A stretch of DNA of 64,000 bases. It comes from an uncultured Solirubrobacterales bacterium (GTDB lineage Bacteria; Actinomycetota; Thermoleophilia; Solirubrobacterales; 70-9). The translations under genes and the position numbers were made by a program. The stretch is taken from positions 93,231 to 157,230 of the forward strand of contig CAVZEM010000007.1 of the NCBI GenBank assembly GCA_963774305.1, given 5' to 3'. This document shows, in pieces, positions 56,025 through 64,000 of this stretch. The stretch's first letter is position 1; each line of letters opens with the position of its first letter. The notes below the pieces were generated by a model that saw only the letters and a list, made by a program, of their open reading frames with translations, did not search any database and was not told the DNA's origin.

Positions 56025-56615
56025 TCACAGGTCGGGGCTCCGCATTCCCGCGACCATGTAGTAGGCGGCGACCGCGCCGACGATGATCAGGACCACCGCA
56101 GGGCTGATGAAGGCCATGATGACCGCGATCGCGTAGAGCGGGCTCCCGATCATGAACCCGACGGACATGCGGCGGACCTCCTCGTCGGATATCTCGACGC
56201 CGAGCTCGCGACGGTGCTTGACGATGTACGTCCAGAACACGTTGAAGGCGATCCCCATCGCGAGGAAGGCCAGTGCGTATACGAGGGCGGCCACCTTCTC
56301 GTCGGCGCCGGACTTGAGGTGCTCCGCCATCAGGGCCGTCGCGAACGGGATGAAGACGACCGTCATCAACACCAGCAGGTTGATGTAGAGCACAGGTCGA
56401 TCGGTGCGCTTGAGGTGGTCGAGCAGGCCGTGGTGGTTCACCCAGATGATCCCGATCACCCAGAAGCTGACGAAGAACGAGGCGAACGACGGCCACTCAT
56501 CCTTGAGCTGGTGCCACAGGTCCTCGCCGCCAGGGACATTGAGATCCAGCACCAGCAGCGTGATCGCGACCGCGAAGACGCCGTCAGAAAACGCTTCGAG
56601 GCGACCGGTCTTCAC
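56025..56615 (-). CDS. TMEM175/DUF1211-family putative K+ channel
   Basis: RLEAFSDGVFAVAITLLVLDL signature; 6 TM. Confidence 0.8.
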   Translation of the reverse strand: MKTGRLEAFSDGVFAVAITLLVLDLNVPGGEDLWHQLKDEWPSFASFFVSFWVIGIIWVNHHGLLDHLKRTDRPVLYINLLVLMTVVFIPFATALMAEHLKSGADEKVAALVYALAFLAMGIAFNVFWTYIVKHRRELGVEISDEEVRRMSVGFMIGSPLYAIAVIMAFISPAVVLIIVGAVAAYYMVAGMRSPDL

Positions 56616-56627
56616 GGCTTCGCCGCT

Positions 56628-56657
56628 AAACGGGTTGCGCTGTCGCGCACCCTCGCA
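56628..56657 (+). repeat. R1 30-nt hairpin repeat, preceded by the R2 5' module ACGGCTTCGCC at 56614..56624
   Basis: AAACGGGTTGCGCTGTCGCGCACCCTCGCA. The stem carries a compensatory pair (TGCGC/GCGCA vs CGCGC/GCGCG). Confidence 0.85.
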
Positions 56658-56658
56658 T

Positions 56659-58026
56659 CTACGCGTGAATCGCCCAGCCGTCGACGGCGCGGGCGCCGTC
56701 GAGGATCGCCTCCGACATCGTCGGATGTGGGTGGATGATGCGCTGCAACTCGGGATAGCCGCCCTCCAGCGCCATCACGTTGCAGATCTCGCTGATCATG
56801 TCGCAGGCGATGTTGCCGACGATGTGGGCGCCCAGGATCTCGCCGTACTCGGGATCCCCGACGATCTTCACCAGCCCGGCGCGGTCGTCGTAGACCACCG
56901 AGGCCCCGGCGCCGCCCAGCTTGAACTTGCCCACCTTGATCTGGCGGCCGGCCTCCTTGGCCTGCTCCTCCGTCATCCCGACGCTCGCCACCTGCGGATG
57001 GGTGAAGGTCGCGCCCGGGACGAGGTCGACGTTGATCGGCTCGGTGGGAGCGCCGGCCGCGGTCTCGACGGCGACCACTCCCTCCTCCTCGGCTTTGTGG
57101 GCAAGGGCAGGGCCGCGAACAAGGTCGCCGATGGCGAAAACGCCGTCGGCGGACGTGCGCTGGAACTCGTCGACCTCGATTTGGCCTCGGTCGTTCGTCT
57201 TGACGCCGGCGGCGTCCAGATTCAGTGGGTCGGTGTCGGGTCGTCGCCCGCCGGCGATCACCAGGTAGTCGGCCTTGATCTCCCCCTCGCCGGCTTTCAC
57301 CTTGACGCCGGTCTTCTGCTCCTCGACGCTCTCGACCTTGGTGCCGGTCAGCACCTCCATGCCGTCCTTCTTGAACTGGCGCTCGACGACGCGGGCCATG
57401 TCCTTGTCCTCGAGCGGCAGGATCTGGTCGAGCATCTCGATCAGCGTCACCTGGACACCCATGCGCGAATAGGCGGAGGCGATCTCCGAGCCGGATGCTC
57501 CGGCGCCGGCGATCACGAGGGACTTCGGCATCGACTTGAGCGAGTAGGCGCCCCAGGTGTCGATCACGCGGTCCGAGAAGTCAACTCCTGGAATCGGCAT
57601 CGCAACCGAGCCGGTGGCAAGGACGATGGCCTTGGCCTGGTGCTCGTCATCTCCCACCTTTAGCTTGCCGCCACCGGACAGCGAGGCCTCGCCGTGGAGG
57701 AACTCGGCCTTGTTCTTGTTCCAAAGGAACTGGACGCCGTCCTCGAGTGTCTTGGAGACCTTCTCGCGGCGGGCCTGCAGGGCCTTCCAGTCGATCGAGG
57801 TGCCGGTGGCCTTGATGCCGAGCTCGGCGCCCTCCTCACTCACGGCGTTGAAGATCTCGGCCGTGTGGAGCACCGTTTTCGCCGGGATGCAGGCGTAGTT
57901 CAGGCAGCGCCCGCCGGCCTTGTCGCGCTCGACGACCGCCGTCTTCTGCCCGAGCTGGGCTGCCCTGATCGCGGCCACGTAGCCTCCGGGCCCGCCTCCG
58001 ATGACGATCACGTCGTACTCGGCCAT
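56659..58026 (-). CDS. lpdA: Dihydrolipoyl dehydrogenase (E3)
   Basis: VIVIGGGPGGY, GGRCLNYACIPAK redox-active disulfide, and the HPHPTMSEA C-terminal motif. Confidence 0.92.
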   Translation of the reverse strand: MAEYDVIVIGGGPGGYVAAIRAAQLGQKTAVVERDKAGGRCLNYACIPAKTVLHTAEIFNAVSEEGAELGIKATGTSIDWKALQARREKVSKTLEDGVQFLWNKNKAEFLHGEASLSGGGKLKVGDDEHQAKAIVLATGSVAMPIPGVDFSDRVIDTWGAYSLKSMPKSLVIAGAGASGSEIASAYSRMGVQVTLIEMLDQILPLEDKDMARVVERQFKKDGMEVLTGTKVESVEEQKTGVKVKAGEGEIKADYLVIAGGRRPDTDPLNLDAAGVKTNDRGQIEVDEFQRTSADGVFAIGDLVRGPALAHKAEEEGVVAVETAAGAPTEPINVDLVPGATFTHPQVASVGMTEEQAKEAGRQIKVGKFKLGGAGASVVYDDRAGLVKIVGDPEYGEILGAHIVGNIACDMISEICNVMALEGGYPELQRIIHPHPTMSEAILDGARAVDGWAIHA

Positions 58027-58074
58027 CGTCCTTCGACTCTATAGGAGCGGGCCTTTTGGCCCGTGACCTGCTCC

Positions 58075-58677
58075 TTAGAGGTCGCCCGGTGGGGAGGGCA
58101 TCTGGATCCGTGCCATTGCGCGGATCATGAAGTAGAAGAGCGTTCCCGAGCCCAGCAGCAGGAGCGTCGTCCCGACCGCCTGGAACACGGAGCTGACGAC
58201 GACGAGGCCGAACGCGCTGGCGAGCATGATCAGGAGCAGCACGGTCTGGAAGCCGAGCACGGCCCAGTAGCGAGCGCGCCACATGCCGACGGTCATCGCC
58301 CAGAGGACGATCCCGAAGACGATGATCGGAAGCGGCTTGATGTCCCGCCCTCCGGCGTCGACGCCGGCGATCGCGAGGCCCGCGGAGACGGTGAAGACGA
58401 TCGCGAGCAGCGCAGAGGCGATGGCCCCGACGGTCACCGCCGTGGGCCGTTCGCCCTCATCGAGCGGCTCGAGCTTCGATCGCGCCTCGGCGTTGCGCTC
58501 CTCGTAGCGCCGGGACATCCGCTCCTGGAAGGTCTCGGACGGCGCGCCGGCCCCGTTCGACTCCGCGGCGGCGTCACTCGTCTCGACCGATCCCTGGGCG
58601 GCCACGGATTCCTGCCCAGTCGAGCGGCGCTTCCGCTTCTGCCGCTCGGCGCGCTTCCTGTCTCGCGCGCCGGCCAT
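58075..58677 (-). CDS. Hypothetical membrane protein (basic N-terminus, 4 TM)
   Basis: The ATG at 58677 overlaps the thiE stop (TGATG). Only the last 200 aa of the 723-aa track ORF look coding. Confidence 0.55.
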   Translation of the reverse strand: MAGARDRKRAERQKRKRRSTGQESVAAQGSVETSDAAAESNGAGAPSETFQERMSRRYEERNAEARSKLEPLDEGERPTAVTVGAIASALLAIVFTVSAGLAIAGVDAGGRDIKPLPIIVFGIVLWAMTVGMWRARYWAVLGFQTVLLLIMLASAFGLVVVSSVFQAVGTTLLLLGSGTLFYFMIRAMARIQMPSPPGDL

Positions 58678-59417
58678 CAGCCGCCCCGCTCCGCTCGGGC
58701 CGCGGGGTCGACGGCCCCGAACAGCGTGGTCGCCGCGGCTCGCGGATCCGGAGCGTCGCGGATCGCCCTGACCACGCAGAGCCGTTCCGCGCCCGCCGAG
58801 ACGACCTCGTCCGCGTTCTCGGCGTCGATCCCGCCGATGGCGAACCAGGGCTTCTCCGCGATCTCGGTCGCTTCGCGGATCAGCTCCGGGCCGGTCGCGG
58901 GGCGCCCCGCCTTGGTGGGCGTCTCCCAGATCGGGCCGACGCTGATGTAGTCGACGGGAGCCTTCGCGGCGGCCTCGATCTGCTCCCGGCTGTGGGTCGA
59001 AAGACCGATGATCGCGCTGGGGCCCATGATCCGCCGCGCCTCGGCCGGGGCCATGTCGTCCTGGCCCACATGGACGCCGTCGGCGCGCAGCTCGAGCGCG
59101 AGGTGGGGATCGTCGTTGACGATGAAGAGCGCGCCGTAGGTGTTGGCGAGCCTGCGGAAGGTGTGGCCCGAGCGCTCGACGACGTTTCGCGGATGCTCCC
59201 GGTCGCGCAGCTCGATCATCCCCGCCCCGCCGCTCATCGCGGCGTTCAGCAGGGCCTCGGGCTCCCGGCCATGAGGCCGGGCGTCGCAGACGAAGTAGAG
59301 GCGCGCCCAGCGCAGTCGCTGGCGCCGCAACTCCCCGATTGCCTCGGGGGGTGCGAGATGAGTCGGGCCGGGGGCGGCTTCGGTCACTGCACGAGCAAGG
59401 GTACGATGAACTTGCAA
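58677..59417 (-). CDS. thiE: Thiamine-phosphate synthase
   Basis: RLYFVCD, FIVNDDPHLALELRADGVHVGQDD, IIGLSTHS, YISVGPIWETPTK and FAIGGI motifs. The exact start is uncertain. Confidence 0.85.
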   Translation of the reverse strand: MQVHRTLARAVTEAAPGPTHLAPPEAIGELRRQRLRWARLYFVCDARPHGREPEALLNAAMSGGAGMIELRDREHPRNVVERSGHTFRRLANTYGALFIVNDDPHLALELRADGVHVGQDDMAPAEARRIMGPSAIIGLSTHSREQIEAAAKAPVDYISVGPIWETPTKAGRPATGPELIREATEIAEKPWFAIGGIDAENADEVVSAGAERLCVVRAIRDAPDPRAAATTLFGAVDPAARAERGG

Positions 59418-59505
59418 CGGGAGCCCACCAAAGGGCTGAGAGGGCGGCTGAAGCGCCGCCGACCGTCTGAACCTGATCCGGGTAATGCCGGCGCAGGGAG
59501 GTTGG
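59414..59505 (+). promoter_or_regulatory. TPP (THI-box) riboswitch
   Basis: CAACGGGAGCCC...GGGCTGAGAGG...ACCGTCTGAACCTGATCCGGGTAATGCCGGCGCAGGGAGGTTG matches the conserved CUGAGA and ACCUGAUCnGGnUAAUGCCnGCGnAGGGA cores. It lies about 25 nt upstream of thiO. Confidence 0.9.
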
Positions 59506-59527
59506 AGCGCCTCGGCCGCAGGTAGCG

Positions 59528-62350
<2,823 letters not shown>

Positions 62351-62366
<16 letters not shown>

Positions 62367-64000
62367 AGAAGATCGAGAGAGAGAAGGGAAGGAGCCTGCC
62401 GGGCTTGGATGTCGAGCGCGTCCGCACGTTCGACGCCCCGGAGGCCCTCGGCATCAACTTCCACGAAGTCCGGGCCAAGTCGGCGCTCAACAAGGTGCCG
62501 GGCGACTACCTGCCGTTCAACTACACGGTCAACGCCTTCCGAGGCTGCACCCATGCGTGTGTTTACTGCCTAGGGGGAGATACGCCCATCCTGATGGCTG
62601 ACGGCGGCAGCAAGCGGCTGGCCGAAGTACGGGTCGGAGACGATGTCTACGGAACGGTGCGGCGCGGCAAGTACCGGCGCTACGAACAGACCAAAGTCCT
62701 GGCCCACTGGCAGAGCTGCAAGGAGGCGTATCGGATCACCCTGATGGACGGCACAGAGCTCATTGCTAGTGGCGATCACCGATTCTGGACTCGACGCGGG
62801 AAATGGAAGCACGTCACCGGGGCTGAGCAGGGTCGCAATCGGCGTCCACACCTGACGCTGAATGATGAATTGGCGGGAACCGGCGAATTCGCAGCCGCGC
62901 CAACGGAATCAAGCGATTACAAGCAGGGATATCTGTGCGGGATGGTGCGAGGCGATGGTCACCTGGGGTCGTATTCCTATGCGCGACCGGGGCGCCGAAG
63001 CGGAGACGTCCATCGCTTTCGGCTCGCGCTAGCGGATCTGGAGGCCCTGCGTCGGACGAAGTCCTATCTAGATGACGTCAACGTTGGGACTCAGGAGTTC
63101 CAATTTCATGCCGCCACCGCCGACCACCGCGAGATCACCGCGATCCGGACGTCCGCGCGGGCAAGCGTGGAAGCCGTCGCCGATCTCATCAGCTGGCCCC
63201 GAGACCCCAGCTCTGACTGGGTCAAAGGATTCCTGGCCGGCATTTACGACGCGGAGGGCAGCTTCGCAAGTGGCCGGATCGCCAACACCGACCCCGAGAT
63301 CCTCAATTGGATTGCATATTGCCTCCGGCGTCTCGGGTTCTCCTATGTGCAGGAACGGACCAGCAACCCAAATGGGCTCACGTATGTCCGACTCACTGGA
63401 GGATTGAAAAACAGACTCCGGTTCTGCCAGTCGGTGAATCCGGCGATTAGCCGCAAGCGCTCGATCCAAGGCATCGCTTTGAAATCGGATGCCGACCTCC
63501 GGGTTGCATCGATCGAACCACTTGGCAAGCGGCTGCGGATGTACGACATCACGACTGGAACTGGGGACTTCATCGCCAACGGCGTGGTCAGCCACAACTG
63601 CTTCGCCCGCAACACGCACACCTACCTGGACCTCGACGCCGGCCGCGACTTCGAGCGGGAGATAGTCGTCAAGGTCAACGTTCCCGAGCTGCTTCGGGCC
63701 GAGCTCAGCAAGTCGAGCTGGAAGCGGGAGCTCGTCGCCTTCGGGACCAACACCGACCCGTACCAATGGGCCGAGGGGAAGTACGAGCTGATGCCGCCGA
63801 TGATCGAGGCACTGCTAGAAACCGAGACGCCGACGTCGATCCTGACGAAGTCACCGCTCGTCACCCGCGATCTCGATCAATATCTCGAGCTCGCTGAGGT
63901 GGCGGACGTCTCGGTCAACTTCTCGGTCCCGACCCTCGACGAGAAGATCTGGCGCCAGACCGAGCCGCACACGCCGCACCCCCGCAAGCGCCTTGAGGCG
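62351..64000 (+). CDS. Rv2578c-family radical SAM protein, interrupted by an intein, 3' partial (runs off the window)
   Basis: Absent from the ORF track because it has no stop in the window. Open frame of 550 codons from the ATG at 62351. Exteins: MRWDSQ...FHEVRAKSALNKVPGDYLPFNYTVNAFRGCTHACVY / CFARNTHTYLDLDAGRDFEREIVVKVNVPELLRAELSKSSWKRELVAFGTNTDPYQWAEGKYELMPP... Confidence 0.9.
62567..63598 (+). mobile_element. Full-size intein (344 aa) with LAGLIDADG homing endonuclease domain
   Basis: Block A CLGGDTPILMADG; block B LIASGDHRFWT; LAGLIDADG motifs GYLCGMVRGDGHL and KGFLAGIYDAEGSF; blocks F/G MYDITTGTGDFIANGVVSHN; +1 residue Cys. Confidence 0.9.

Noticed and set aside
63068-63766. 232-aa minus-strand ORF, plus 63343..63621 and 63622..63864
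   Set aside because: They are antisense to the intein and C-extein of the radical SAM gene, whose + strand translation carries unambiguous intein and radical SAM motifs.

Overview
High-GC (about 70%) actinobacterial-type chromosomal window, densely coding, with many 1-4 nt stop/start overlaps. Gene order:
(1) rodA-pbpA-pknB-ddl cell-wall operon plus a second Ser/Thr kinase.
(2) dedA-uppP-PurM-like trio.
(3) A roughly 13 kb Wzx/Wzy-type polysaccharide cluster: CapD-like dehydratase, LytR_C protein, O-antigen-ligase-like protein, flippase, five glycosyltransferases (one frameshifted), initiating sugar transferase, GNAT and FemAB-like acyltransferases.
(4) Housekeeping genes: amidase, metF, usp, lysR, amt, a YcaQ-like protein.
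(5) A lower-GC, decayed island next to tRNA-Ala(CGC), with gene fragments and private repeat blocks.
(6) GGDEF protein, acidic repeat protein and gdh.
(7) tRNA-Ala(UGC) followed by a small island: PD-(D/E)XK nuclease, unknown membrane proteins, a D-Ala-D-Ala carboxypeptidase and a rhomboid.
(8) lipA-lipB-E2-E1beta-E1alpha...lpd 2-oxoacid dehydrogenase region.
(9) thiE / TPP riboswitch-thiO-thiS::thiG.
(10) At the right edge, an Rv2578c-type radical SAM gene that the ORF track misses.
Most notable observations:
- The radical SAM gene is split inside its CxxxCxxC iron-sulfur motif by a 344-aa LAGLIDADG intein.
- There are two families of structured intergenic repeats. One is a 30-nt hairpin element, which includes an in-frame insertion in lipB. 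The other is a roughly 100-nt multi-stem element whose ends abut stop codons. Both show compensatory stem changes and can nest in each other.
- thiS and thiG are fused in frame.
No CRISPR array, rRNA or intact IS/transposase was seen.
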